From Candidatus Omnitrophota bacterium (GTDB lineage: Bacteria > Omnitrophota > Gorgyraeia > JABMRG01), in contig JAQUQI010000001.1 of assembly GCA_028716165.1 (NCBI GenBank), forward strand, positions 126,538 to 190,537: a stretch of DNA of 64,000 nucleotides, read 5' to 3'. The position numbers and the translations under genes were made by a program. The notes beneath the pieces were generated by a model that did not search any database, was not told where the DNA came from, and saw only the letters and a list, made by a program, of their open reading frames with translations. Of the stretch, positions 26,261 through 36,391 are shown piece by piece. Each line of letters opens with the position of its first letter. Within the stretch, counting starts at the first letter, position 1.

Positions 26261-27976
26261 CTATAGCGCGGGCGGAACTTGTTTGATATAAGGGCCCAAA
26301 TCCATGTCCTTATAAGAACATCCCGCCCGCACAACCGGGTATAAAACCTCATTAATATCCGTCATGACTTCAAGCAAGCACGGCCCTGTTGTTTTCATAA
26401 AAGATTCAAGCGCCGCGGGCAGGCCCGCTCTGGAGTTTAACCGTTGGGCAAACTTATAGTTGCAATGCCTGGCAAGCTGGGCGAAGTTAATATCGGTCTT
26501 TCTTTCTGTCGCCGAGTGCCTTTTACCGTACGCGGCATCTTCCAAGTTTCTTACCATACCGTCGCTTTTGTTATTTAGAAGAAGGATTTTGACCGGCAGG
26601 CCGAGAGCCCCAATCGTGTGCATCTCACCCATATTCATCCTGAAACTGCCATCGCCGTCAACGACAATAACTGTCGAGTTCGGATTGGCATAATAAGCAC
26701 CGACTGCGCTTGGCATGCCGAATCCCATCGTGCCGAAACTTCCGGGAGTAAGAAAAGATTTCGGCTTCCTCATTCTCAAATACTGGGCAGCCAGAAGCTG
26801 ATGGTTGCCAACACCGGTTGTGATAATTGAATCATCCGTTATAAAACCGCTTAAGAGATCAAGTACCTCCGCTTGATAGATCTGCTTGCCGTCACGGCAG
26901 TAATTAAGCGGCCATGTTTTTTTAAGCCTGACAGCGTATTGAAACCAATCATCAATAGCAATTGTTATATTCTTTCGCTTGGCGTATTCGGCTAAGTCGT
27001 TTAAAGCGCAAGCGGCATCGCCTATAAATGAAAAATCGGGATTTCGTTCATTTCTTATTTGATAGACCTTCTGCGGGTTTATATCAATATAGGCGATCTT
27101 TGCCTCTATCGCGAAACCGACTTTTTCCGCGACGCGGTCGTCCCAGCGCACACCGATCGCTAAAAAGAAATCGTTTTTCTGAATGATCATATTGGCATAG
27201 GGCGTGCCAAACATCCCCAGAAGCCCCAGTGAAGCCAGGTCGTTTTCATCAACGACCCCTTTGGCCATGAGCGTATTAACGGAAGGGATATTAAAAATCG
27301 CATTGAACCGCCGTATAGCCTCGCTTCCCTTCTTGGAATTAAGCCCTCCGCCCAAATAAAGCAGGGGGCGCTTTGCCTCCTTGAGCAGGCGGAAGAAAAG
27401 CGCGCATTGGCGTTCGGATAAATGCCATTCGTTTTTATAGACAGACTCAAACCTGTCAAGACTGCCGCCCTGGTATTTGTTTATGCTCTGCTGTAAATTG
27501 ATGGGGATATCAATCACAACAGGGCCCGGCTTACCTGACTTCGCCAAAAAGTAAGCGTCTTTAATGATTGATTCAATATTATCAATGCTGTCAACAAGGA
27601 CAACTTTTTTTGCCGTGGGGCCAAAAACGCCTGAAACGTCAATGTGCTGGAATGAATCTGTGCCGATTTTATGCTCCGGAACCTGTCCGGCAATAACGAG
27701 CAGAGGAACGCTATCGGCATAAGAATCTGCCACAGCGGTTAAGGTATTCGTGATAGCGGGCCCGGAGGTAACTATAGCGACACCAACAGTATCACTTGAC
27801 CTGGAGTATCCGGCGGCGGAAAATGCCGCGGCCTGTTCATTTGAGCTTACAATAATTTCAATAGAGCTCTTGGCCAATTCATCCATAACCGGAAGTATGG
27901 CCGCTCCCGTATAACCAAAAACATGTTTTATCCCGAGATCCTCAAGGCTTTTAACCAATATCTTCGCCCCTGTCAT
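26261..27976 (-). CDS. thiamine-pyrophosphate enzyme of the acetolactate synthase large-subunit family
   Basis: It has the N-terminal TPP-pyrimidine domain (VFGYTGAAILPV), a central domain and the C-terminal GDGSF TPP motif. Length is 571 aa. Confidence 0.8.
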   Translation of the reverse strand: MTGAKILVKSLEDLGIKHVFGYTGAAILPVMDELAKSSIEIIVSSNEQAAAFSAAGYSRSSDTVGVAIVTSGPAITNTLTAVADSYADSVPLLVIAGQVPEHKIGTDSFQHIDVSGVFGPTAKKVVLVDSIDNIESIIKDAYFLAKSGKPGPVVIDIPINLQQSINKYQGGSLDRFESVYKNEWHLSERQCALFFRLLKEAKRPLLYLGGGLNSKKGSEAIRRFNAIFNIPSVNTLMAKGVVDENDLASLGLLGMFGTPYANMIIQKNDFFLAIGVRWDDRVAEKVGFAIEAKIAYIDINPQKVYQIRNERNPDFSFIGDAACALNDLAEYAKRKNITIAIDDWFQYAVRLKKTWPLNYCRDGKQIYQAEVLDLLSGFITDDSIITTGVGNHQLLAAQYLRMRKPKSFLTPGSFGTMGFGMPSAVGAYYANPNSTVIVVDGDGSFRMNMGEMHTIGALGLPVKILLLNNKSDGMVRNLEDAAYGKRHSATERKTDINFAQLARHCNYKFAQRLNSRAGLPAALESFMKTTGPCLLEVMTDINEVLYPVVRAGCSYKDMDLGPYIKQVPPAL

Positions 27977-28100
27977 CTAAATCTCCTTTTCCTAACACGC
28001 CTATTTAATATTTCTGCGATAAAGCCCATTTTTCATAATAAAACAGGCGCTATCTTACCCGTTTCCGGACTTACCTTTTTTTATCAAAAATTTATCCCGT

Positions 28101-28892
28101 CTATTTTACGGCAACCACAAGCATTTCAAAATCATCCGTAGTCAGCTTATCGTTTCTTGAGTATGCCCCGAGCCTGGAACCAAAGATATCAATTTTCTTG
28201 AACCCAAGCGTCTTTAAAAGCCACGTAATCTCGCTGGGGACATAATAACGCTCATTGCACTTAAGTTCCCTTTTGTTGCCGGAATCATCCTCAAAAACAG
28301 CGGTGTTATGATCACGAAAAGTCATAAGGTCAAAGGAGCAGTCCTTGCACTGGGACTGGCCTTCTTTCTGCGCCAACTCATAGAATTCCTTGACCGAATG
28401 AAAAAGCGGGAATAATCCGTTTAATGTTGTGAAGATAAACTTCCCCCGGCCTTTCAAAGCTCTAGCCGCGCTCTTAAGAATAGCGAAATTCATTTCATCC
28501 GTTTCCATGAGAGAAAACCCGCCTTCGCAGAGCATGATAGCCAGATCAAATTCGCCCTCAAACGGAAGGGCGCGCGCGTCATGCTTCTTAAAATTGATTG
28601 TCAAACCTGCCACTTTGGCTTTCTTGCGCGCTCCCGCAAGCTGTGACTCGGAAAGGTCAATGCCGGTCACATGATACCCTCTTTTGGTAAGCTCAATAGT
28701 ATGGCGGCCGGTCCCGCATCCGATATCAATGATCTTTAAGGATTTATCGCGGGCTATCTCTTCTTCAATAAAATCACATTCACCCGCAGTTCCCTGGACA
28801 AAAGGCTCGCTATCATATTTGCGGGCGTAATTTTCAAATAATGCTTCATACCATTGTTTCATTCTTGAAATCTCCTGTTTGTCCGGTTGCAA
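28101..28892 (-). CDS. class I SAM-dependent methyltransferase
   Basis: IIDIGCGTGRHTIELTKRGYHVTGIDLSE is motif I. Confidence 0.8.
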   Translation of the reverse strand: MQPDKQEISRMKQWYEALFENYARKYDSEPFVQGTAGECDFIEEEIARDKSLKIIDIGCGTGRHTIELTKRGYHVTGIDLSESQLAGARKKAKVAGLTINFKKHDARALPFEGEFDLAIMLCEGGFSLMETDEMNFAILKSAARALKGRGKFIFTTLNGLFPLFHSVKEFYELAQKEGQSQCKDCSFDLMTFRDHNTAVFEDDSGNKRELKCNERYYVPSEITWLLKTLGFKKIDIFGSRLGAYSRNDKLTTDDFEMLVVAVK

Positions 28893-28922
28893 AAACAGTC
28901 TGTGGCAAGCATTGGCGGTAAT

Positions 28923-29282
28923 TTATTTGATGATCATATAACCTGCTACCGTCAAAAGGCACAAGCCGAAAACCTTGCGAAGTAATGCCTCGGGAATACC
29001 GATCGCCAGCCTGGCGCCTAAATAACCTCCGGCGATAAATCCCAGGCACAATAGCGCCGCGGCGGGCATATTGACATGGCCTTGTTTATAGTAAGCCATT
29101 GCCGCAAGTATGCCTATGGGCGGAACGAGCATCATAAGGGTAGTTCCCTGCGCGCTATGCTGTGAAAAACCAAATATGTAGACAAGGCAGGGCACGACCA
29201 GTATGCCTCCGCCGATGCCTATCAACCCGCTTGAGATACCGGCGAAAAAACCTGTTATCACATAAAGTATCAAGCTTAACAT
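28923..29282 (-). CDS. TauE/SafE (TSUP)-family half-size membrane protein
   Basis: It is 119 aa with GIGGGILVVP and four transmembrane helices, roughly half the length of canonical TauE. Confidence 0.6.
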   Translation of the reverse strand: MLSLILYVITGFFAGISSGLIGIGGGILVVPCLVYIFGFSQHSAQGTTLMMLVPPIGILAAMAYYKQGHVNMPAAALLCLGFIAGGYLGARLAIGIPEALLRKVFGLCLLTVAGYMIIK

Positions 29283-29341
29283 TAACAGCCTCTCTTTTGC
29301 CCGAAACGCCGCTTCAGATATTATGGACAGCCGGCGGCCGC

Positions 29342-30199
29342 TTACTTTTCGGCAATGATCCTTGCTCCCGCGAGGTTATTACCCTCAAAAAGAATTGACA
29401 TTTTCTTATAAAAATCTTCAAGGCCTTTTACCGTGTCCTCATCATAAACCTTAAGATTGTCCGTCCGTGATGCGATAAAGTGCTCCATTCTTTGCCTTAC
29501 AAAATCACGCCACGGCCCTGTCATATCAATTACCCGCACAGCGTGAAATCCAGCCTCCGACAATTGCCTCTTGTATTCATCCGCGGCAGGCAGATAACTA
29601 CAATAGATATCCTCTGATAATATCTTTTCCTCTTCGCGGGTAAACTGGCTTTTTCTATAAAAATCCTCCGCGTAAAGCCTGCCGCCCGGAGACAGCGCCG
29701 TAAAACATTTCTGAAACAATCTCTGGCGGTCTGGTATATGAAGAAAAGACAGCCATCCTGCCGTCACATCAAAATCATGGCCTGGCATATCATAATCAAG
29801 TATATCCGCGCATACATGCCTTATCTGCTCTGAAAGACCGCATCTGCGCGTAAGAGAGGCGGCGATACTGTGAAGGTCAGGCTGCATCTCAACACAGGTT
29901 ACCATACAGGCTGTTTTATGCGCCATATACCTGGCCGGCCCGCCTATGCCTGAACCTATGTCAAGTATCTTCATGCCAGAGCCTATGCCAAGAAGTTCTA
30001 TAGCATCATCAACAGCCTTAACTCCAAAATAATGATATTGGTCAAAGCGGCAGAGGTCAGACACCTCTAAGGGCTGTTCCAGTCCTATGCCCGCAAGGCG
30101 CAGTTCATCGTATATCCTTTCGGGACAGCGGTATAATTTCATGCCTTTGATATTATCTGCCCCATACATTTGATACAGCCTCCGGCCGTCTGGAATCAA
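29342..30199 (-). CDS. class I SAM-dependent methyltransferase
   Basis: ILDIGSGIGGPARYM is motif I. Length is 285 aa. Confidence 0.75.
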   Translation of the reverse strand: MIPDGRRLYQMYGADNIKGMKLYRCPERIYDELRLAGIGLEQPLEVSDLCRFDQYHYFGVKAVDDAIELLGIGSGMKILDIGSGIGGPARYMAHKTACMVTCVEMQPDLHSIAASLTRRCGLSEQIRHVCADILDYDMPGHDFDVTAGWLSFLHIPDRQRLFQKCFTALSPGGRLYAEDFYRKSQFTREEEKILSEDIYCSYLPAADEYKRQLSEAGFHAVRVIDMTGPWRDFVRQRMEHFIASRTDNLKVYDEDTVKGLEDFYKKMSILFEGNNLAGARIIAEK

Positions 30200-30250
30200 T
30201 AAAAATACTCGCGGCAGGCCGATGAGGCCTGCCAGAAAACCATGATCTTA

Positions 30251-31303
30251 TCAGTTCTTTTGAACGTAAAGTGTCTGCGTCGGAAAAGCAAACTTTATAC
30301 CATTTTTTTCAAATTCGGATTTTATGGCAAAATTTATCTCCTGCTGTATATCCATGTATTTATTGTAATCCGGGCCCAGGACATAATAGACTGTTTCAAA
30401 TATCAGGCTGAAATCCCCGTAACTAAAAAAATGCGCGCGGTCAAAGGCCGTATCAGGCACCTTTTTAATTATGCGCTCTATCATCGCCGGCACCTGTTTC
30501 AGTTTATCAAGAGGCGTCTGATACGTCACTCCTATACGGAAAAGAACGCGCCTTTTTTCCATCAATTTATAATTACGCACCCTTGAATCGGTAAGGTCAG
30601 TGTTTGAGAATATCAGCTGTTCTCCGCCCAAACTGCGCACGCGCGTCGTTTTTATGCCTATATATTCCACCGTGCCCATAAAATCACCGATAATAATGAA
30701 GTCTCCTATTTTAAACGGCTTGTCAAAGACTATGGAAAAATAGCTGAAAAAATCCTTGAGCAAGGTCTGCGCGGATATGGCCACGGCAACGCCTCCAACG
30801 CCCAGGCCGGCGATTATCGTGGAAACCTTAAACCCGGTATTATCCAAAAATATTATCAGCGCTATTGCCCAGACAAGGTATTTGACAACATGGAACATCC
30901 CGTCAAGGCTGCGCATCAGGGTAATATCGTCGCCTTTCTTTGACAAATAGAGCTTTAAGACATATTCAAGAAGCATTACGGCAAGCCTGGCGGCAAATAA
31001 TGTAATAAGCCCAAGCTCAATAATGTTGGCCGCGGATTCCAGCCCGGCAGGCATTTTAAGCATCTTGACGCTTATATAAAAACAGCTAATGAATAAGGCC
31101 GGGACAATGATGCTTTCAAATATCCTTGCCAGCAGGCCGTCAAAGGCCGCCGCGGACTTTACCGCTGACTTTGAAAAACGCCTGGCCAGGATAAAAACAA
31201 AAACCTTTACAACCAGCAGGCCAAGCACCAGCGCGGACAAACTGACGAGATAATCAATAATACGATTTCCTAAAAAAACCCTGTAAAGAAACTCAAAATC
31301 CAT
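30251..31303 (-). CDS. mechanosensitive ion channel, MscS family
   Basis: It has transmembrane helices followed by the MscS beta-domain (KPFKIGDFIIIGDFMGTVEYIGIKTTRVRSLGGEQLIFSN). Confidence 0.85.
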   Translation of the reverse strand: MDFEFLYRVFLGNRIIDYLVSLSALVLGLLVVKVFVFILARRFSKSAVKSAAAFDGLLARIFESIIVPALFISCFYISVKMLKMPAGLESAANIIELGLITLFAARLAVMLLEYVLKLYLSKKGDDITLMRSLDGMFHVVKYLVWAIALIIFLDNTGFKVSTIIAGLGVGGVAVAISAQTLLKDFFSYFSIVFDKPFKIGDFIIIGDFMGTVEYIGIKTTRVRSLGGEQLIFSNTDLTDSRVRNYKLMEKRRVLFRIGVTYQTPLDKLKQVPAMIERIIKKVPDTAFDRAHFFSYGDFSLIFETVYYVLGPDYNKYMDIQQEINFAIKSEFEKNGIKFAFPTQTLYVQKN

Positions 31304-31567
31304 AATATATCACCCTTCTTTCACGATAAGCGTTGGCCCAAAAAACCGGCCGTTTCCCCCGCGGCGCAGGTATTATTTCGCATAGGCTTTATGTTTAAGA
31401 TAGACCAAAACAGCCGCTTTGTCAACCGACTTTTAACCGGCTTTTAAAACACGGGGGCGCCTGTTGCTAATTTCTTAGAAATAGACGGCCGCGATTTGCA
31501 AAGAACTCCAATTGTAAAACCTGATAGTTGCCCGCGCAACCGTCTGCTTTGACCTAACAGGCATATA

Positions 31568-32878
31568 TTAAAAATCAACCTGGGCCCTGATGCCTGCTAT
31601 AAATATAGATTTGTCCGTATTAAGCGCGTCCGCGCCATAGGGATCCCAGATAACCTGCGCGTCAGGGCTTATGCTAAGATTCTCGTTGACCTTGTAATTA
31701 TAGTAAAACTCAAGGTGATTTTCAGTCTTTGCCTTGAACTCATCCGCCTTTTTATAATCACCTGAAGGCTTGGCCTGACCAAAAGCTATGGCAAATACGT
31801 CATCTTCCCTGCCCCATGCCTTACCCGATAAGTTCACGCCCGCGCTCCACGACTGCTCAAGCGAATATTCGGCGTCTTGCGCGTATACCTCGGGGTCCTG
31901 CCATCCATAACGCGCGAATACGCCCACCGCGTCCGCGATCTCCTGATCAACACTTACGCCGAGCCCGTAACCTCTTTCTTTATCCTTAAGGCTGTCAGAC
32001 CACTTAATATGGTTTTTATCATTGAGCCAGGCATAGACCCTGTAATTGCCCTTTTTTTTGAAAATATCAGGTTTTATGTTAAACTGTCCCGCGACAAACA
32101 TATTGTTGAATACATCTTTCCAATCAGCATCGGCATCCGCGGAAATAAATTCAATATCCATGAAACTGTTTATCTCAACCGCCGCCCTTATCCCGGCCGT
32201 GTTGTCATCAGGAAATTCTATTACAGGAGAATTCCTAAATACGCTGCCCAAAAACTGCCGGCACTCGTCATTGGCATAGGCATTGGTATCAATATAGGCG
32301 GTGGGATCTATCTTTCCAAAAGTAACGGTCAAGGGCATGAATTTAAAATAGTGTTCATACCATATCTCTGTTACCGATACACCGCTGTCCGAATCATCGG
32401 CATCCCTGTTGACCGGAGAAAACACCTTTAGCCTTTCGTCAATACCCGGCCCGGAACCTGTCTCAAGGTGTAGAAACGCCATGCCATAATCGTCAAACGT
32501 TTTTCCAAATTCTAAATCCATGGAATATGAAGCGTCAGAGGCATTGCGGTTTTTATCTATATATTCATCCCCGTTTACTTTGGCGCTTGACTGCAGGATA
32601 AAAGTGCCCCCCGCCCCAATCGCAAGCCCTGCCGGCTTTATTTCAACCCCTTCACCGGGCGTATAATTAATAAATTCGCTTATCTGCCTCTCGGCGCCAT
32701 GAGCAATTTTCTCTACCTCCACGGCCTTATTTTCCTGCCGCGCCAAACGGCCCTCAAGCCGGGATATCATTTCTTTTAATTGCGCTATCTCTTCCTGCAT
32801 TGTCTGGGCAAAAGCCGTATCGCATAAGCACACGGCAAAAACAACAATAGAAAACCAAACGGACAACACCATCTTCAT
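31568..32878 (-). CDS. outer-membrane beta-barrel porin with N-terminal coiled coil (OprB/carbohydrate-porin-like)
   Basis: It has a signal peptide, a coiled-coil segment (EEIAQLKEMISRLEGRLARQE) and alternating amphipathic beta strands. The C-terminus ends in Phe (AQVDF). Confidence 0.55.
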   Translation of the reverse strand: MKMVLSVWFSIVVFAVCLCDTAFAQTMQEEIAQLKEMISRLEGRLARQENKAVEVEKIAHGAERQISEFINYTPGEGVEIKPAGLAIGAGGTFILQSSAKVNGDEYIDKNRNASDASYSMDLEFGKTFDDYGMAFLHLETGSGPGIDERLKVFSPVNRDADDSDSGVSVTEIWYEHYFKFMPLTVTFGKIDPTAYIDTNAYANDECRQFLGSVFRNSPVIEFPDDNTAGIRAAVEINSFMDIEFISADADADWKDVFNNMFVAGQFNIKPDIFKKKGNYRVYAWLNDKNHIKWSDSLKDKERGYGLGVSVDQEIADAVGVFARYGWQDPEVYAQDAEYSLEQSWSAGVNLSGKAWGREDDVFAIAFGQAKPSGDYKKADEFKAKTENHLEFYYNYKVNENLSISPDAQVIWDPYGADALNTDKSIFIAGIRAQVDF

Positions 32879-32950
32879 CGCGAAACCTCCTTTTCATATA
32901 AAGGCCTCCGGTAGTCCGGTTGGTTATTATTGTTTAAAACAGTCCGATAA

Positions 32951-33112
32951 TCAGCCCTGCTTGTGCGGTTGCTTCTGCGTGTCAAAACGCATCTTCTGTC
33001 TTTTTTCTATCTGCGTTATTCTTGAATCATGAACGGTTATCACCACCTCTCCATAGCTTATCTGTCTCAAGCAATCCGCTATCTGCTCCAGCATTTTTCT
33101 GTCCGGGCCCAT
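32951..33112 (-). CDS. small hypothetical protein downstream of feoB
   Basis: MGPDRKMLEQIADCLRQISYGEVVITVHDSRITQIEKRQKMRFD. The upstream part of the longer track ORF overlaps feoB and is rejected. Confidence 0.3.
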   Translation of the reverse strand: MGPDRKMLEQIADCLRQISYGEVVITVHDSRITQIEKRQKMRFDTQKQPHKQG

Positions 33113-33149
33113 TTTATCCACCCTCTTCCTTATAAAATATGCCTGCCTG

Positions 33150-35228
33150 CTAAAAACCAAGCAAACGGCCGAGCTGATACACAATAAACGCAAAAACCCA
33201 AGCCATAACCGTTGTCCAGAAAACCAGAAAGCTTGTCCACTTCCAGCTTGAACCGGATTCTCGGTAAAATACAGCCATGGCGACAAAGCACGGCAGATAA
33301 ATAAGCGAAAACATCAAAAAAGCCAACGCTTTTAAAGGGCTCCAAGACGGATCTTTCTGCAAGGATTCCTTTAACGGCTCGGCATCTTCCGGATCCACCT
33401 CGCCCAGGCTATAAATAGTGCCGAGCGTACTCACAACAACTTCTTTGGCCGCGACACCCGCTATAAGCGCGACGCCGCCCCTCCAATCCATGCCAAGCGG
33501 CTGAACAACCGGTTGCACAAATTTTCCGATTCTGCCGGCGACGCTCTGCTCCATTTGCATGGCCGCCGCCGCTTCCTCATCCATTCCTTCTTTCGCTTCA
33601 ATCCGCGGAAAAGTAAATCCCGCCCAAATCAATATGGAAATAAGAAGGATAATACTGCCAGCTTTTTTAATATACATCCAGCCGCGTTCCCACATTTTTA
33701 GAAACAACCCTCTTAACGTAGGTATTCTGTAAGGCGGTAATTCCATCACAAAGTGCGCAGTCTGATCTTTAAGAACGGTCTTTTTCAAGATCCACGCCGA
33801 ACCAAAAGCTATGATTACGCTTAAGGAATACATCAAAAACATAATGTTCGCTCCGTGTTCTTTGGCAAAAAACGCCCCTATGAATAAAGCGAATATGGGC
33901 AGTTTGGCTCCGCAAATCATAAACGGTGTAACCATCATGGTAATAAGCCGGTCTTTTTTGCTATCCAGGGTCCTTGCCGCCATAATCCCGGGAACGGCAC
34001 AGCCGTTGGTGGAGATCATCATCGGCAGAAAAGACTTCCCATGGAGTCCGAATTTATTCATAATCTTATCCATGACAAATGCCGCCCGCGCCATGTAACC
34101 GGAGTCTTCAAAAAATGCGATCGCGAAAAACATGAACAATACGAGCGGAAAAAAACCTAAAACCCCGCCCACCCCCGCAATGATTCCGTCAACAACGAAA
34201 GACCGGATCAGCCCTTCCGGAACCACCGATGAGGCAACCGACGATAACCATTCAAAGAATTTCTCAAACCACCCAACCGCCGGCCCTGAAAAGGTAAACG
34301 TAAATTTAAATATCAAATACATGACAAGGGCAAATATCGGCAGGCCGAGGATCCTGTTTAATACTATCTTGTCTATTCTATCCGACAGATCGGTTTTTCG
34401 GCCTTTACTCGGATTGAGCAGGGAAGAACACGCCTTAGAAATAAAATCGTAACGCCTGTCCGCTATAACTGTCTCCGCCGAGTCCGTGCCGGACAATTTA
34501 AGCGCGCGAAGGCCTTTTTCAGCTATGGCCTTTGCCCTGGCGGCTTGCGGCATATCCTTTATCGCTTCTACCGCCAGAGGATCGTATTCCAACATTTTAA
34601 CTGCCAGCCAACGGGACGGATATCTTGCGCGCAGTGTTTCATCTTTTCCAAACAACTCTTCCAGTTCTGCTATAGGCACTGAAATATCAAGCCCAAGGTC
34701 AACACCCTTGGGCTTGAGAACAGGCCCGCCTTTATAAGTATCCACAATGGCTTCAAGCAGGGCTTTTGTGCCGGTGTTCTTGTTTGCGACCGTAGTAACT
34801 ATCGGCACGCCCAACAAAGACGATAAGGCCTCATAATCTGCGGACTGGCCTTTTTGACGCGCCAGATCACTCATATTCATTACCAGTATAAGCGGTATAT
34901 CCAGCTCCATCAATTGTGTCACCAGATACAGGTTTCTCTCCAGATTAGACGAATCAATGATATCAACTATCATATCAGGGCCCTGCCCCATGAGAAAATC
35001 TTTTGCCGCTATCTCATCTTCGGAATTGGCGGACAAGCTGTATATTCCCGGAAGGTCAACAACGCGTATCTCATAACCTTGAAAAGAAAGCCTACCCTCT
35101 TTCTTTTCAACAGTGACTCCAGGATAATTGCCAACATGCTGGCGCGCCCCTGTCAGGCAATTAAAGACTGTTGACTTGCCGGAATTGGGATTGCCGGCAA
35201 GGGCTATTGTAATTATATCTTTCATCAA
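33150..35228 (-). CDS. feoB: ferrous iron transporter FeoB
   Basis: It has an N-terminal G-domain (GNPNSGKST, DLPG) and a polytopic gate domain. Length is 692 aa. Confidence 0.95.
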   Translation of the reverse strand: MMKDIITIALAGNPNSGKSTVFNCLTGARQHVGNYPGVTVEKKEGRLSFQGYEIRVVDLPGIYSLSANSEDEIAAKDFLMGQGPDMIVDIIDSSNLERNLYLVTQLMELDIPLILVMNMSDLARQKGQSADYEALSSLLGVPIVTTVANKNTGTKALLEAIVDTYKGGPVLKPKGVDLGLDISVPIAELEELFGKDETLRARYPSRWLAVKMLEYDPLAVEAIKDMPQAARAKAIAEKGLRALKLSGTDSAETVIADRRYDFISKACSSLLNPSKGRKTDLSDRIDKIVLNRILGLPIFALVMYLIFKFTFTFSGPAVGWFEKFFEWLSSVASSVVPEGLIRSFVVDGIIAGVGGVLGFFPLVLFMFFAIAFFEDSGYMARAAFVMDKIMNKFGLHGKSFLPMMISTNGCAVPGIMAARTLDSKKDRLITMMVTPFMICGAKLPIFALFIGAFFAKEHGANIMFLMYSLSVIIAFGSAWILKKTVLKDQTAHFVMELPPYRIPTLRGLFLKMWERGWMYIKKAGSIILLISILIWAGFTFPRIEAKEGMDEEAAAAMQMEQSVAGRIGKFVQPVVQPLGMDWRGGVALIAGVAAKEVVVSTLGTIYSLGEVDPEDAEPLKESLQKDPSWSPLKALAFLMFSLIYLPCFVAMAVFYRESGSSWKWTSFLVFWTTVMAWVFAFIVYQLGRLLGF

Positions 35229-35453
35229 TCATTCCTCCTCAACAAATATTTTATCCGCCAAACTATGCCCGAGGGCGACTTTGGCCCCCTTTATGACTAC
35301 TGCCACAGGCCCGCGGCCCGGTTCATGCAGCAGCCTTAATTTTTCACCGGGCACCAAACCCATGTCCGTAAGACGCCCCGCGGCGCATTGCCCGCCTTCA
35401 AAACAGGCAAATACCAAATCAACATCCGCTCTGGCGCCGGTAAGCCTGATCAT
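35229..35453 (-). CDS. feoA: FeoA-family protein
   Basis: It is 74 aa with an SH3-like FeoA pattern (LTDMGLVPGEKLRLL). Confidence 0.75.
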   Translation of the reverse strand: MIRLTGARADVDLVFACFEGGQCAAGRLTDMGLVPGEKLRLLHEPGRGPVAVVIKGAKVALGHSLADKIFVEEE

Positions 35454-35686
35454 TGTTCGTTTACCTTTACAAGAATTTGAGAAGCCTCCTCTTTTCTTAA
35501 ACTTAGACGATATCCCTTTACCCTTATGCCTATAGGGTCACCCAAAGGAGCGATATCTGTAACTTCTACGCTTGTTCCTTTTACTATGCCCATGCCTAAA
35601 AGCTTCTGGCGTAAAGGGCCTTGGCTGAATATCTCTACGACCCTGCCTTCCGCTTCCGGTTTTAATTGGTTCAAAAGTTTTTCCAT
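35450..35686 (-). CDS. feoA: FeoA-family protein (second copy)
   Basis: It is 78 aa (LLGMGIVKGTSVEVT). Confidence 0.75.
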   Translation of the reverse strand: MEKLLNQLKPEAEGRVVEIFSQGPLRQKLLGMGIVKGTSVEVTDIAPLGDPIGIRVKGYRLSLRKEEASQILVKVNEQ

Positions 35687-35715
35687 TCCAACCCCCTTAT
35701 GTTAGCTTGATAAAT

Positions 35716-35735
35716 ATTTGTTAGTTATGTCTAAC
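35716..35735. promoter_or_regulatory. operator-like inverted repeat TTTGTTAG-N6-CTAAC upstream of feoA-feoA-feoB
   Basis: ATTTGTTAGTTATGTCTAAC shares its core with the perfect palindrome in front of the adjacent DtxR gene. Confidence 0.35.
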
Positions 35736-35752
35736 TTTAAACTCAAAAAAAA

Positions 35753-36262
35753 TCACCCCTTTGACCCGGCTCTCATAGGACACAACGGCTTTCTGCCTGT
35801 TTTTATATAATATCTAAAGCCCTTAAGCCACTGGGGACTTTTGCCATTCAGGCTGGAACCGGCAAAAGCAATAAATTTCGTAAGCCTCTCAAAGGTCTTG
35901 GGGCTTATAGAGTGCTCCATACTGCACGCCTCCTGCATAGCCTCATCCGGTTTAATACCGAGTATTTCTGTAAGAAATTTAAGAAGTATATCATGTTTAC
36001 CCTGGATAGAGGCGGCTATTTCCTCTCCTTTTGAGGTAAGGTTTACATAGCCGTATTTTTCGTGGATTAAAAGCCCGCGCCGCGAAAGAGTCTTCAGCGC
36101 CGCGTTAACACTGGGGCTTTTGACGTTCAAAAGACCGCTTATGTCCCTCACCCTGCACACAGACCTCTGCCTCTGCAGTGACGCTATCGCCTCAAGATAA
36201 TCTTCCATGGCGGAACTTAAGGGCCGTTTTATCTCTTTCATGTTACCACCCGTTTTAGACAA
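35753..36262 (-). CDS. DtxR/MntR-family metal-dependent transcriptional repressor
   Basis: It has the DtxR-type helix-turn-helix (MEDYLEAI...), metal-site residues and a C-terminal SH3-like/FeoA-like domain. Length is 169 aa. Confidence 0.85.
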   Translation of the reverse strand: MSKTGGNMKEIKRPLSSAMEDYLEAIASLQRQRSVCRVRDISGLLNVKSPSVNAALKTLSRRGLLIHEKYGYVNLTSKGEEIAASIQGKHDILLKFLTEILGIKPDEAMQEACSMEHSISPKTFERLTKFIAFAGSSLNGKSPQWLKGFRYYIKTGRKPLCPMRAGSKG

Positions 36263-36268
36263 ACCTTT

Positions 36269-36291
36269 GTTTGTTAGGCAATACTAACAAA
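36269..36291. promoter_or_regulatory. perfect inverted repeat TTTGTTAG-N6-CTAACAAA upstream of the DtxR gene
   Basis: GTTTGTTAGGCAATACTAACAAA is a perfect palindrome. Confidence 0.35.
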
Positions 36292-36391
36292 TTGGTGTTT
36301 GTTTGTCAAGTGTTTTTTTTAAACAAACTTCCGGCAACCTTTTGTGCTAATGAAGAAAATGCGCGGAGAGCGAATTTACCTATAGAAAAAT

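Noticed and set aside
26241-26270. Rho-independent terminator after the ALS-family gene (hairpin CGCGCCTATAGCGCG)
   Set aside because: The hairpin overlaps the stop codon and the following U-tract on the minus strand is weak. It is too uncertain to call.
26095-26352. Minus-strand ORFs 26095..26352 and 23357..23581 that overlap the 3' ends of the ALS-family and EamA genes
   Set aside because: They are out of frame with and overlap confidently called genes and have no motifs. They are treated as spurious.
32951-33286. Full-length 111-aa track ORF downstream of feoB
   Set aside because: Its first 58 codons overlap the feoB 3' end in another frame. Only the distal 53-aa part (from Met at 33112) is kept, and that part at low confidence.
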